DNA of 64,000 nucleotides from positions 192,001 to 256,000 of the forward strand of contig CAWHHI010000003.1 of the NCBI GenBank assembly GCA_963829055.1, read 5' to 3'. The notes under the pieces were generated by a model, which was given only the letters and a program-made list of their open reading frames with translations, ran no database searches and was not told the origin of the DNA. This DNA is from an uncultured Gemmatimonadaceae bacterium. Its GTDB lineage: Bacteria; Gemmatimonadota; Gemmatimonadetes; Gemmatimonadales; Gemmatimonadaceae. The translations under genes and the position numbers were made by a program. Positions 1 to 9,987 of the stretch are shown here, one piece after another (position 1 is the first letter of the stretch; every line of letters begins with the position of its first letter).

Positions 1-1004
1 GGGGTGCTGACCGAACGCTTCCTTCTCGTAGTCGATCTGGAGGTTGGGATTGAACAGCTGATCGACGGCGGCGCGCTGTGGAGTGCCGGCAATCGGCGCG
101 AACACGGCGTACGCATCCTGCAATGTTCGTGAAGTGCCGCGAGTGTTCTTCGTACGCGAGCGCTGACGATCCCGCGCCGGTCCGGAGCGTGAACGCCGGC
201 TTGCCGCCGCGTCCGCGCTTCGTCGTGATGAGGATGACGCCCGCCGACGCCTTCGAGCCGTAGATCGCGGACGCCGCGGCGCCCTTCAGCACCTCGACGC
301 TCTCGATGTCGTTCGGATTGAGGTCCGCGATGCGGTTGACCGGGTTCTCCTGGCTCGCGACCGCGATCCCGGTGCCGGAGGCGAGCGTGACCTTGTTGAG
401 ACCGGGCGCGATCGCGATGTCCGCCGTCACGACGCCATCGACGACATACAATGGATTCGCGGTGCTGATGAGCGATGTGATACCGCGGAGACGGATGCGG
501 TTGCCGCCGCCCGGGGCGCCGGTGTTCTGCTGAATCTGCGCGCCGGCGACTTTGCCCTGCAGCGCGTTCTCGATGCTCGTCGCCGGAACCTTCGACACTT
601 CTTCGGCGCCGACCGATCGCGACCGAGTTCGCGAGGTTGCGGCGTGACATGCCGGTCGCGAGGCCGGTGACGACGACCTCCTCGAGCTTGAGCGGGTCGC
701 GCGACATGGTGATCGTGACGGATTCCTGGGTCGCGGCGACCGCGACGTCCTGCGGCGGGAATCCGATGCGCCGGACGGTCAGCGTGATCGCCTGCACCGG
801 CGCGATGATCGTGAACGTTCCGTCGTCACGCGCGAGCGTCCCTGTCGTCGTGCCCTTGATCTGAACCTGCGCACTGCCGATCGGCGCGCCGTTGCCGGCC
901 TCGACCACCTTCCCCGTCACAGTGCGTGTCTGGGCGAGTGCGGACGTGCTCGCGAGTAACGATACCGCTGTCACCGCGAGGGCGGATAACCACGTGGTCC
1001 TCAT
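1..1004 (-). CDS. SusC/RagA-family TonB-linked outer membrane receptor, 5' part (continues off the left edge; indel near 620-650)
   Basis: Manual translation of the minus strand: GAGGAG RBS, then MRTTWLSALAVTAVSLLASTSALAQTRTVTGKV signal/CarboxypepD-like start, and the SusC plug motif NRIADLNPNDIESVEVLKGAAASAIYGSKASAGVILITTKRG. Confidence 0.9.
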   Translation of the reverse strand, partial: MRTTWLSALAVTAVSLLASTSALAQTRTVTGKVVEAGNGAPIGSAQVQIKGTTTGTLARDDGTFTIIAPVQAITLTVRRIGFPPQDVAVAATQESVTITMSRDPLKLEEVVVTGLATGMSRRNLANSVAIGRRRRSVEGSGDEHRERAAGQSRRRADSAEHRRPGRRQPHPSPRYHIAHQHRESIVCRRWRRDGGHRDRARSQQGHARLRHRDRGREPGEPGQPHRGPQSERHRERRGAEGRRGVRDLRLEGVGGRHPHHDEARTRRQAGVHAPDRRGIVSARVRRTLAALHEHCRMRTPCSRRLPALHSAPPSISCSIPTSRSTTRRKRSVST

Positions 1005-1432
1005 AGGCTCCTCATTCGAAAAGGCGTGCGTACAACGACGTCGGTCACCGGGGTGCACGGACGCCGGCGACCAACTCAGCTCGTTCCAGAGACGGGCTGC
1101 GGACTAGCAACGGACTCGAAGCGGACCAGGATCCGACCGCGCTCGCCTAACGACTTTACCCACGCCATGTCAGGACAATGACGTGGCGGCGGGCACGCGG
1201 TGTACAGTCGAGTCACTTCGCCATGCTACCGATCACAGGTGGCGTGTCAAGGCGGCCGGGACGACCTGTGTGTGGCGAGACGTGAAATCCCGCCTCCAGC
1301 CGTGTCTGGTTTCGGCTCGGGCGACCTAACGACAGGAGCAACCGTCGAGTTCGCATACTGCCCATTTCTGCCTCGCAACGACATTGGCCGTTGCTCATGC
1401 GCCTCGCGGCCACGCCGATGGTGCGCGGGCGG

Positions 1433-2533
1433 CTACTCGCGAGGCCGCGCGAATACGCTGTCCCACGCCGCCAGCGCGGGCTTCGGGCGGAGTTGCGTGT
1501 CCACCATTCCGAGCGCCGCGAAGAGTGGCAGGATCGAGCCCGGTGTCTGCGGGTACGCACCGACGTCGAGATCGGTGAACGTCAACTGAAAGACCGCGGT
1601 AGCGTCCGCGGCGTCGAGCAACTCCGCCTGGCGGTGGACGTAGCGCGCCTGAACTTCCAGCGACGATTGTAAGCCCGGGACACTGGCCGACGTCCACCCG
1701 CCCTCCACGACCATGAGCGGGAGGGCCCGTGTGCCACGAACGCGACTATAGTACTCGTTAGGAATGGCCTCCGGCGTCGCGAACCCGGCGAGGTACGGGT
1801 ACGACGACAGCCCGAGCGCGCCGAGGAAGGGAAAGTCCCGGAGATCCTGATCGATTCCCACGTACGCTCCCGAGCCCGCGAGCCGACCCCAGGCCGTCTC
1901 CACCTGCACGCTCACATAGAGCGGCGTCGAGACACCGCGCGCGCGAAGATCGGCCGCGGCATCGTTCGTCATGCGGACAACGGCATCGTAGACAGCACGA
2001 GGCGCCACCGCGCGGATCAGGTTCGTCTCCGCCGCCAGACCTATGTGCGACGGCCTAACGACGTCCACGATCGCGACGACGTAATCCCGATACAGTCGCT
2101 GGATGGCCGGTTCGGTGATGCTGCGGCCGGCCGCAACGAGCGCCGGAGCCTCCTTGTCGCGCGCCAAACCGTTCGTGACGTCGAGCATGAGCACGATCGG
2201 CAGCTTGTGCGCACGATAGTAGTTCGAGAGCTCGAGCGCGTCCGCACTCGCCGCGGCCGCCGCCGATTTCCCGTTGAGCATTGCGGCCCACTGCACGTCC
2301 AGGTGCATGATCGCGGCGTCCGCGCGCGTGCTCCACATGTCGAGGCTCGCGACTGCGGTCGGCACGTTCTGCGACGGCGGAATGGCCGAGAACCCCATGC
2401 GGAAGCTGCGCGTCTGGGCGGACGCGTCTCGCAACGGTGGAGTCGAGTCGTCGCACGCCGCGAGCGCCAGGAAACCGCCAAGAATAGAAAGGCAGATCGC
2501 TGGCGCTCGCCGTGCGAGCGACCACCCTGTCAC
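1433..2533 (-). CDS. Putative lipoprotein, possibly a glycoside hydrolase-like TIM barrel
   Basis: 366-aa ORF, LAAC lipobox; 'LAAETNL', 'LSSYPY' and 'VVEGGWTS' resemble clan GH-A acid/base and nucleophile regions (inference). Confidence 0.6.
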   Translation of the reverse strand: MTGWSLARRAPAICLSILGGFLALAACDDSTPPLRDASAQTRSFRMGFSAIPPSQNVPTAVASLDMWSTRADAAIMHLDVQWAAMLNGKSAAAAASADALELSNYYRAHKLPIVLMLDVTNGLARDKEAPALVAAGRSITEPAIQRLYRDYVVAIVDVVRPSHIGLAAETNLIRAVAPRAVYDAVVRMTNDAAADLRARGVSTPLYVSVQVETAWGRLAGSGAYVGIDQDLRDFPFLGALGLSSYPYLAGFATPEAIPNEYYSRVRGTRALPLMVVEGGWTSASVPGLQSSLEVQARYVHRQAELLDAADATAVFQLTFTDLDVGAYPQTPGSILPLFAALGMVDTQLRPKPALAAWDSVFARPRE

Positions 2534-2551
2534 GTAGCTGTCACCTGGCTG

Positions 2552-2716
2552 TCACCTGGCGACGCGGGTCACGCCCTGCGCGATCATGAGGACGAGCGCG
2601 ATCGGGAACAGCAGGTGGTAGAGGCCGTTGTGGAAGCCCAGGAAGATCCACCCGATGAACCAGCAAACAAAGATGATCGCGCCGACGAATCCAAGAATGC
2701 CGATACGTGCGAGCAT
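2552..2716 (-). CDS. Small two-helix membrane protein
   Basis: 54 aa, MLARIGILGFVGAIIFVCWF..., strong GAGGAGG RBS upstream. Confidence 0.7.
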   Translation of the reverse strand: MLARIGILGFVGAIIFVCWFIGWIFLGFHNGLYHLLFPIALVLMIAQGVTRVAR

Positions 2717-2910
2717 GGAGCACCTCCTCGCGTTACGCGGCCGCTGCCGCTGGCAAGCACAACCCAAGCACTGACGCGGCGTCGCGCGTTACTACGGTGA
2801 GATGCGCACGCGGCGATCGCAAGGCTCGCCTTGCTTGCTCGGTCCGAACCCGCGTTGTATTTCGAGCAAAACACCACTGTAGGCAGGACCGTACCCGGAG
2901 GATTCACGTG

Positions 2911-4086
2911 ATGAGACGAGGTTCGAGATCATTGTTCGCGCTGGTGCGTCCGGCATTGCTCTCGGGTCTGCTCGCCGTTCTGGCTTCGAACACGCCCGTG
3001 CAGGCGCAGCAGACGCCGCCGGCACGACGTCCCGCAGCGGGGAGCGACACCGCCTCGCGGCCGCGCCGGCAGGTGAAGATCAATCAGGCTCGGGCGGAGT
3101 CGCTGTACGTGAGCACGGATCCAGCGGATCATCCGCCGCGCAACTTCGAGCGTGACATCGCCGCGAAGGCGCGCACGGACAGCATCTATGCGGCGCGGAG
3201 CCGCGGGGTGATGCAGTTCAGCAAGGTCAAGTACCGCAGTCGCGCCGGGGACATGGATGTTCCGGCATACCTGTTCACGCCGCTCAACCAGCGTGGCGCG
3301 CGCGGGCATGCGGCGATGGTGTGGGTACACGGCGGCGTGCATGGCGACTGGAACGAGAACATGCTGCCGTTCGTGGTCGAGGCGGTGCAGCGTGGCTACG
3401 TCATCATCACGCCGGACTATCGCGGGAGCAACGGCTACGGCGCTGCGCACTACAACGCGATCGACTATGGCGGGAAGGAGCTCGACGATGTGATGGCGGC
3501 GTACGATTACCTCAAGACGCTGCCGTACGTCGACGCGGACCGCGTCGGGATCATGGGATGGAGTCACGGCGGGTTCATCACGTCGCATCTCGTGATGCGT
3601 GAGGAGACGCCGTTCAAGGGCGGCGCGGCGATCGTCCCGGTCACGAATCTCGTCTTCCGTCTGAGCTACAAGGGTCCGAACTACCAGCGCAGCTACGCGA
3701 CGGAGCCATCGATCGGCGGCCTGCCGTTCGAGAAACCGGACGAGTACATCAAGCGCTCACCGCTCTATCAGGTGGAGAAGCTGCATGTGCCGATTCTCGT
3801 GCACGTGGCGACGAACGATCTGGATGTGAACTACGTGGAGGACCAGCAGCTGGTGTGGAAGCTGCGCGCGCTCAAGCCGGATCTCGCGGAGACGAAGATC
3901 TACGTCGATCCGCCGACGTGGGGCTCGTCAGGCGGTCACGCGTTCAGCCGGCGCGTGGATCCGAAGACGCTCGAGCGGGTGGACTCGCCGGAGCAGATCG
4001 ATTCGTGGAATCGGACGTGGGTGTTCTTCGAGTGGCTGCTGCGGCCGTACGTCGATAAATCGAAGCCAGTCACGACGAGTAAGTAG
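2911..4086 (+). CDS. S9-family (prolyl oligopeptidase-like) alpha/beta-hydrolase peptidase with signal peptide
   Basis: WVHGG, DYRGSNGYG and GWSHGG nucleophile elbow; GGAGG RBS. Confidence 0.88.
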   Translation: MRRGSRSLFALVRPALLSGLLAVLASNTPVQAQQTPPARRPAAGSDTASRPRRQVKINQARAESLYVSTDPADHPPRNFERDIAAKARTDSIYAARSRGVMQFSKVKYRSRAGDMDVPAYLFTPLNQRGARGHAAMVWVHGGVHGDWNENMLPFVVEAVQRGYVIITPDYRGSNGYGAAHYNAIDYGGKELDDVMAAYDYLKTLPYVDADRVGIMGWSHGGFITSHLVMREETPFKGGAAIVPVTNLVFRLSYKGPNYQRSYATEPSIGGLPFEKPDEYIKRSPLYQVEKLHVPILVHVATNDLDVNYVEDQQLVWKLRALKPDLAETKIYVDPPTWGSSGGHAFSRRVDPKTLERVDSPEQIDSWNRTWVFFEWLLRPYVDKSKPVTTSK

Positions 4087-4102
4087 TTCTCGTTCTCCGA
4101 TT

Positions 4103-4438
4103 CATTGCGCCGCGGCCGGTGGGAACGACGATTGTGCGGATCTGTACTGCGAAACTGCCGGATACGGCTTTGCATTCACGCATCCTTGCGCCGCGGCCTC
4201 GGGGAACGACGATTTCGCGGATGACGCGGAAGAAGCAGGATAGATCGCGTTAGGCACAGCTCCTCGCGCAACGAGCCGGGATTTCTTGGGAACGGCCGCT
4301 CGGGACACCAATGCGTCCCGAGCGGCCGTTCCCATTCATTCAGGGTCCGGCGATGAGCCAGTCTCAATGCAAAGCCGTATCCGGCCGTTTTCCGTGTCAT
4401 CCGCCCAATCGTCGTTCCCACCGACCGCCGAGCGCGAT
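4103..4438. repeat. Modular palindromic intergenic element, copy A
   Basis: Two ~80-bp units starting GCGCCGCGGCCGGTGGGAAC, central hairpin GGGAACGGCCGCTCGGGA-loop-TCCCGAGCGGCCGTTCCC, one inverted unit; matches copies at 5177, 20520 and 30268. Confidence 0.92.
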
Positions 4439-4454
4439 GGATGCTTGTGCCGGA

Positions 4455-4961
4455 TCAGGGCCCACCGACCGGCGCCGGGCGCGGAGGACTCTGCCACATC
4501 ACGCTACTGATCATCCACTTCCCATCGTACTTGCCTAACAACAGATAATCGGTCCCCCAGAAAGCGGTCACCTTCACCGCCGCCGTCTGGTTCTGAACGT
4601 CGTACACCTCGACGCGCTTGGGAGCGGTCGCGGGCGCGGGACGATTGTTCTGCTTCACCTTGCGCGCGTAGTCCAGAAATTCCGGCCACGTCATCTGCTC
4701 GCCGGCGTACTTCGTGGAATCGCGCGGCAACCAGAACCCGTACTTGAAGACATTCGGCCTAACGCTGCGTACGAGCTTCGCCGAGTCGCCCTCGTAGAAG
4801 CCCTCCAGGTAGTCCAGGGCCGCTCGACGCACCTCGTCGCGGTCGGCCGCCGTGGCCGTGACCGGTGTGCTGCCGGGTTTACTCTGACCCCGGAGTGGCT
4901 GCGTGCCTGCGCCCGCGAAGAGCACCGTCAGCGCGAGGGCGCGCGCGTGTTGTCGTAGCAT
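4455..4961 (-). CDS. Secreted NTF2-fold protein (lumazine-binding-like family)
   Basis: Signal peptide; ALDYLEGFYEGD ... TAAVKVTAFWGTDYLLLGKYDGKWMI pattern. Confidence 0.8.
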   Translation of the reverse strand: MLRQHARALALTVLFAGAGTQPLRGQSKPGSTPVTATAADRDEVRRAALDYLEGFYEGDSAKLVRSVRPNVFKYGFWLPRDSTKYAGEQMTWPEFLDYARKVKQNNRPAPATAPKRVEVYDVQNQTAAVKVTAFWGTDYLLLGKYDGKWMISSVMWQSPPRPAPVGGP

Positions 4962-5176
4962 GTTCGTATCTCCCATCTCCCCAAAGTGAGCTCGCCGAGG
5001 CGCGGGCGAGCACCGCTCGCGCGCCCCGGACATTGGCATCGGACGATACGGCCCGGTGTCGGACCTCACCTACGCCGCTTCGGTCGGTGGCCCCGGCGGT
5101 GCGACAAGCGGGCACCGATAGGGGACGAGCGGGCAGGCGACGCTGCGAGGCGCGGGCTCAGCGCTCCTCACCGTCG

Positions 5177-5508
5177 TCGTCGCGCCGGAGCCGGTGGGAA
5201 CTGCGATTGGGCGGATCTGTACGTGCGAAACTGCCGGATACGGCTCTGCATTCCCGGCATCGTTGCGCCGCGGCCGGTGGAACGACGATTTCGCGGATGA
5301 CGCGAAAGAAGCAGGATCGATCGCGTTAGGCACGGTTCCTCGCGCAACGATCCGGGATTCTTGGGAACGGCCGCTCGGGACGCAGGCGTCCCGAGCGGCC
5401 GTTCCTCTTTCATTCAGGCCGCGGCGAGGCCAGCGTCAATGCAAAGCCGTATCCGGCCGTTTTCCGTGTCATCCGCAAAATCGTCGTTCCCACCGGCCCC
5501 GGCGCGAC
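5177..5508. repeat. Modular palindromic intergenic element, copy B
   Basis: Same unit-unit-hairpin-inverted-unit layout as copy A. Confidence 0.92.
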
Positions 5509-5525
5509 GGACTCTGCGCAATCCG

Positions 5526-6432
5526 TCAGATCGTTTCCCGGAAATGAGTCCTCAGGCGATCTCGATACCGGCGACTCAGACGCAGCCTCGTTCCATCACG
5601 TAGCACCACCGCGTATTCGCGACTCGAGTACGGCCGCAGTTCGCGGATGCGCGACGCGTTCACGATCGTCGAGCGGTGAATGCGGACGAACGCGGACGGG
5701 TCGAGGCGCTGCTCCATCGCCGCCATCGTATCGCGCACGAGATGACTCTTTCCGCTCGTGTGAATGCGCACGTAGTCGCCGTCGGCTCCGATCCAGTCGA
5801 TGTCGCCGACGTCGATGAACACGACACGGTCGCGGTCGCGGACGACGATCCGGCTCGCCGGGGCGCTACTCGGCGCATCGGCCGCATCGTGTTGCGCGGG
5901 TACCGCCTGTGCGGCATCGAGCGCGGGTCGCAGGTCGTGCATGAGCGCCGCAAGTCGGCGCGCGACCTCGCTCTCCTCCCGCTCCACCACGCGCCGACGT
6001 GCGCGATCGACCGTTGTCGCGAAGCGATCGTCGTCGATCGGTTTGAGCAGGTAGTCGAACGCGTGCGCCTCGAACGCGCGGAGTGCGTGCGTGTCGAACG
6101 CGGTCACGAAAATGACGACGGGCATCTCGGTCGGCGCCGATCTCCTCGACGACGCCGAAGCCATCGATGCCGGGCATCTGCACGTCGAGAAACACGACGT
6201 TAGGCGCGAACTCGCGAATGGCGGCGATCGCCTCACGCCCGCTCGCGCATTCAGCGACGACCGTGTAGCCGCCCGCGCGCTCGAGCCGCGCGCGTATGCC
6301 GCGGCGCGCGAGCGGCTCATCATCGACGACGACGGCGCGAATCACGGCCGGCGCGGACGTGCGCGGCGTACGGACGGTCGATCCATCCTGAACTGGTATC
6401 GGTCTTCGGTGCTGCTGTCCATGGTGTTCCAC
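5526..6432 (-). CDS. LytTR-family two-component response regulator (indel near 6130; start uncertain)
   Basis: VVVDDEPLAR, FLDVQMPGIDG, IFVTAFD, DYLLKP and FVRIHRSTIVN across ORFs 5866..6432 and 5526..6323. Confidence 0.9.
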
Positions 6433-6450
6433 GACGAGCCCTCGTTGGCT

Positions 6451-7077
6451 TCAGGGTTCCGTGCGCTCAGTACCATCGGGCCGTTGGGGGACATCACGTG
6501 GGGCCGGTGGTCGGCCAATCGGTCCGCGGTCGAGCCGTTGTTGTTCGTCGCCCGGCCCGCCTTCTTCTCGGTTTCCCGGGGTTCCTGGACCGGCGCCGAG
6601 GCGTCGGCCCATCGGTGGGCCTCCTCGGCCTAACGCGGGGCGGTCCGCGATCATCGTCCAGGCAGTCGCCTGCTGGTCGGGCGTGAGCACCGCGATCGCG
6701 TCACGCACGTCGGCATGCATCTGATCGCGCATCTGCTGCATCTCCTTCGTGTCGGCAGGCGGAGGCCCACCGAAACCGCGTCCTCGGCCACGCGGACCTG
6801 CCGAATCCCCGGGTGCTGGCCTGGCGGCGGCTCGGGCGGAGTCCATTCGCGCCATCACGGCCTTGCGGCGTGCCTCGGTGCGCCGAGAGATCGCGGCGAG
6901 CCGGACGACTTGCGCGTCGGTGAGCGCCAGCTCGCCGGTGCGGGCGAGCAGGAAGTCCGCCGTCGCGCCAATGGCGTTGCCGCCGCCTCCGCCGGGAGCG
7001 CGCGGCGGCTGTGCGGCGACGGAAGTAGCGGCTGCGGCAAACAGCATGACGCTGACCGCGCGAGCAAGGGTGCGCAT
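6451..7077 (-). CDS. Spy/CpxP-like periplasmic helical protein
   Basis: Signal peptide; LALTDAQ and VLTPDQQ (LTxxQ) motifs. Confidence 0.7.
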   Translation of the reverse strand: MRTLARAVSVMLFAAAATSVAAQPPRAPGGGGGNAIGATADFLLARTGELALTDAQVVRLAAISRRTEARRKAVMARMDSARAAARPAPGDSAGPRGRGRGFGGPPPADTKEMQQMRDQMHADVRDAIAVLTPDQQATAWTMIADRPALGRGGPPMGRRLGAGPGTPGNREEGGPGDEQQRLDRGPIGRPPAPRDVPQRPDGTERTEP

Positions 7078-7084
7078 GGAGGTG

Positions 7085-7600
7085 TTAGCGTGGGTTGGGA
7101 GGGAACGGCGATCGGTCCGACGATCGGCCTGGCTCATGGGAACGGAATCGCTGCTGCTGCTCGGCCAACAGCGCGCGGTAGCGCTCGCGCTGGGCGGGCG
7201 TGAGAAGGCTGTCGAGTTTACGGCGGGTGTCGTCCATCACGGCCTGCATGCGCGGCCATGACTCTTCGCGGATGGCGTTCGCGGCCGCGAACTCGTGTCG
7301 GAGAATCGAGTCGGCGACGGCGCGCTGTTCCGGAGAGAGCGCGAGGTCGCGGGCGAACGCATCGAGCGCCCGCTCGGGACCCGGCCCACCAGCGTTAGGC
7401 GACGATGGACGGCGGCCTCCCGGGATGCCGGGCGGCACCATGAACGCCATGCCGAGCCGGCCGCGGTCGGCTCCGAACGCAGGCCGCGGTGGGCGTCGGT
7501 GCAGCACGCGGTGATCGAGCGCGATCCCGAACGCGACGCCGACCGCGAACATCGCGGCCATCGCGACGGCGGCGATCAGGCTGGACTGGCGGTCGGTCAT
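7085..7600 (-). CDS. Membrane-anchored Spy/CpxP-like protein
   Basis: N-terminal TM helix; LALSPEQ and LLTPAQRERY motifs; ATGA overlap with the upstream gene. Confidence 0.7.
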   Translation of the reverse strand: MTDRQSSLIAAVAMAAMFAVGVAFGIALDHRVLHRRPPRPAFGADRGRLGMAFMVPPGIPGGRRPSSPNAGGPGPERALDAFARDLALSPEQRAVADSILRHEFAAANAIREESWPRMQAVMDDTRRKLDSLLTPAQRERYRALLAEQQQRFRSHEPGRSSDRSPFPPNPR

Positions 7601-8127
7601 CGCGAGCTCCGCGAGCTACCGCTGGTGCCTAACGGGATCAACAGATCCGCCGCGCTCGGCATGAGGGCCAGGTCGATGGTCCAGCCGGCGGTGCGTCCGA
7701 CGACGGCGGACTCGAATGCGGCGCGCGTGCCGTCGGCCTGGTCGACGTTGGTCGTCGCCACGATGCTGGTGGCCGTGTCCGACGTCTCGGTCGTTTCCTT
7801 GGGCGACGTGCGAACGACGAGCATGAGGGCAACGCCGGCGGCGACGGAGGCGCTCACGGTGAGCCGCGACCAACGCGCGGCGTGCTCCCACCAACGCGTG
7901 GCGGCGCGCAGCGGGAGTTGGCGCGCTGCGGGTTGCTTCTCGACCCGGACGGCGCGGCGCGGATGCCGGAGGCGAGCCAGCGGCAACTCGGCGCGGGCGG
8001 CGAGGCGGATGTGGAATGTCTCCCAGTCGACGTTCTCGTCGGGCACGTGTCCGCCGGCTGTGCCGAGCGCCTCGCGGTAGCGCTCCATGGCGGCCTCATC
8101 AGAGTGCGACATCGGACCGTCTGTCAT
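7597..8127 (-). CDS. Putative single-TM anti-sigma factor
   Basis: Overlaps the stop codon of the ECF sigma gene; one central hydrophobic helix. Confidence 0.6.
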   Translation of the reverse strand: MTDGPMSHSDEAAMERYREALGTAGGHVPDENVDWETFHIRLAARAELPLARLRHPRRAVRVEKQPAARQLPLRAATRWWEHAARWSRLTVSASVAAGVALMLVVRTSPKETTETSDTATSIVATTNVDQADGTRAAFESAVVGRTAGWTIDLALMPSAADLLIPLGTSGSSRSSR

Positions 8128-8735
8128 GGCGCGCGGTCGAGGAGCGACGCGAGGGTGGCGCGGAGCGTTTTCCGAGCCTGATGCAGGTGCCAGCGAACGG
8201 TGCCGCGCGGGATATCGAGCATCTCACCGATCTCGGTGCTGGACCGGCCGTCGATGTCGGAAAGCTCGACGATGAGGCGTTGTTGCGTCGGGAGCTCCGC
8301 CAGCGCCTTCTGGAAGCGGTCGCGGATCTCCGAGCGTTCCGCCGGATCGAAGTCGACGGCGACGGCATCGTTGTTCCATAGATGTACGACGGTCACATGA
8401 CGCTCCCGCGTTGATCGGGCGCTTGCGGCGTTGAGTGCGCGGTTCACCACGATCTTGAAGAACCAGGGTGCGAACGGTCGAGTGGGATCGAAGGACGCGA
8501 TCCCGTCGAGGGCGGCAATGAAGGCGTCCTGAACGAGGTCTTCGGCGTCCTGCGTCTGCCGGAGGATCCGGTAGGCAATGGCGAACGCTCGTCGTGCGTG
8601 GCGGCGCGCAAGCTCGTCGAACGCCCCGCGGTCGCCGCGTTGCACGCGGACTACCAGACCCGGCTCATCGTCGGGCGTCCCGCGCCGAACCGGTACCGTG
8701 TTCCCGAAGCCACCCACTCGCATGTCCTCTTCCAT
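8124..8735 (-). CDS. ECF RNA polymerase sigma-70 factor
   Basis: GDRGAFDEL, DAEDLVQDAF, FAPWFFKIVVN, EIGEMLDIPRGTVRWHLHQAR. Confidence 0.93.
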   Translation of the reverse strand: MEEDMRVGGFGNTVPVRRGTPDDEPGLVVRVQRGDRGAFDELARRHARRAFAIAYRILRQTQDAEDLVQDAFIAALDGIASFDPTRPFAPWFFKIVVNRALNAASARSTRERHVTVVHLWNNDAVAVDFDPAERSEIRDRFQKALAELPTQQRLIVELSDIDGRSSTEIGEMLDIPRGTVRWHLHQARKTLRATLASLLDRAP

Positions 8736-9207
8736 ATGGATATACCGCGTCGCCCCGTCGCGTGTTGGCGGGAACGTCCATATGAGCAACACCGCTAGGC
8801 AGGATTACCCCTACTGCTGCTGCGTGCAGCAGGCTGCGTCCACCGCTGGTTGTTGCTTGCACGTCGCTCGGGCTGCTTGCAGCGCGCTGCGACCAGCGGC
8901 TGTATGCGGCATGCAGCTCCACGCAGCACGGGGCCGCTGTTAGCAGCACTCCAGCGAGTGGCCGATGCGACGTGCAAGCAGCATCGTGCTCGCGGTTTCC
9001 TCTGCCAACACTTCGCTCGCGCCCCCTGTACAGATACCCAGACCGTCCGGGAGCGTCTCCGTCCAGAGCCGGTAGGCGTGAATGGTTCCTGTTGGCCGTC
9101 GTAGCCGTCCCCGGCTCCGGCTGGCAGTCCCGGCGGTCGCCACCCGGCCTGCTCGTTAGGCCGGGGCCGCCGTTCCCGCTGTTCCATCTTTGCCGAGGAC
9201 CTACTCG

Positions 9208-9810
9208 TGACCCGTTTTCTCCCCGCCGTTCTCCTGGTGGTTGGCGCGACCGTCGCGTCGGCGCAGGGCTATCCTGGTGGCGGTGGGGGCGGATGGGCGG
9301 CATGGGCGGACACGGCGGCCGAGGAGGGCCGGGTGGCATGCGGAGCGGCAGCGCGCCGATGAACCCCACCGCGAAGGACGTCGAGAAGCAGGATCCCGTG
9401 AAGCTGCTGCTCGACAAGCACAAGAAGCTCAAGCTCGACAAGACCCAGATCGCTCGGCTCGACACGCTCGGTGGCCGGCTGCGGGAGCAGAACGCGCCGT
9501 TCTACGTCCGCGTCGACTCGCTGCACAAGACGTTCAAGGTGCCCTCGGGGGGGATGCAGAGCGTGTCCGACGAGGATCGCACCAGCATGATGGAAAACCG
9601 CCAGTCACTGCACGAGACGCTGGCCCAGGTGCGCGAGCACAACCATGCGGCCAGGATGCGGCCCTCGCGGTGCTCAACGAGTCGCAGAAGCAGAAAGCCT
9701 ACGATCTGCTGGAGAAGCAGCTCGAGGAGAGCGACAAGATGATGCGGGAGCCCGGCGGTGCAGGCGGCATGGGTGGCGGCCATCGACGGCCGCCGCCCGG
9801 TGGTGCCTAA
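9208..9810 (+). CDS. Secreted Gly-rich Spy/CpxP-like protein (two indels)
   Basis: GTG start, VTRFLPAVLLVVGATVASAQ signal; LKLDKTQ and ALAVLNESQKQKA from ORFs 8972 and 9241. Confidence 0.6.
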
Positions 9811-9823
9811 CGCGCTAAAGAGT

Positions 9824-9914
9824 CCAGCGAGGGATCTTCTCGAACGGTATCGTGGCTTGGTTGGCTACGATGCCATCACAGAACTTCCTCGTCGCTGGCG
9901 CTCCCCGGAATGAC
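9824..9914. repeat. Degenerate GTCATCCCGAG-type palindromic (REP-like) repeat between convergent genes
   Basis: CAGCGAGGGATCTTCTCGAACGG...GGAATGAC matches the copy at 13602. Confidence 0.6.
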
Positions 9915-9987
9915 GCTGGGGTCGATCCGTTGGATCCGCTGCATCCGTTCGCACCCTCGTCTTAGATGCCGGCAGTCTCTGACGATG

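Noticed and set aside
4102..4538. Similar short ORFs (MQSRIR..., MGTAARD...) recurring at 4.1, 5.2, 20.5 and 30.3 kb as a peptide family
   Set aside because: They are translations of the DNA repeat; frames and lengths are not conserved between copies.
4103..5508. Repeat units read as a CRISPR array
   Set aside because: Only two direct units per arm, inverted arms, conserved rather than unique spacers, and no cas genes.
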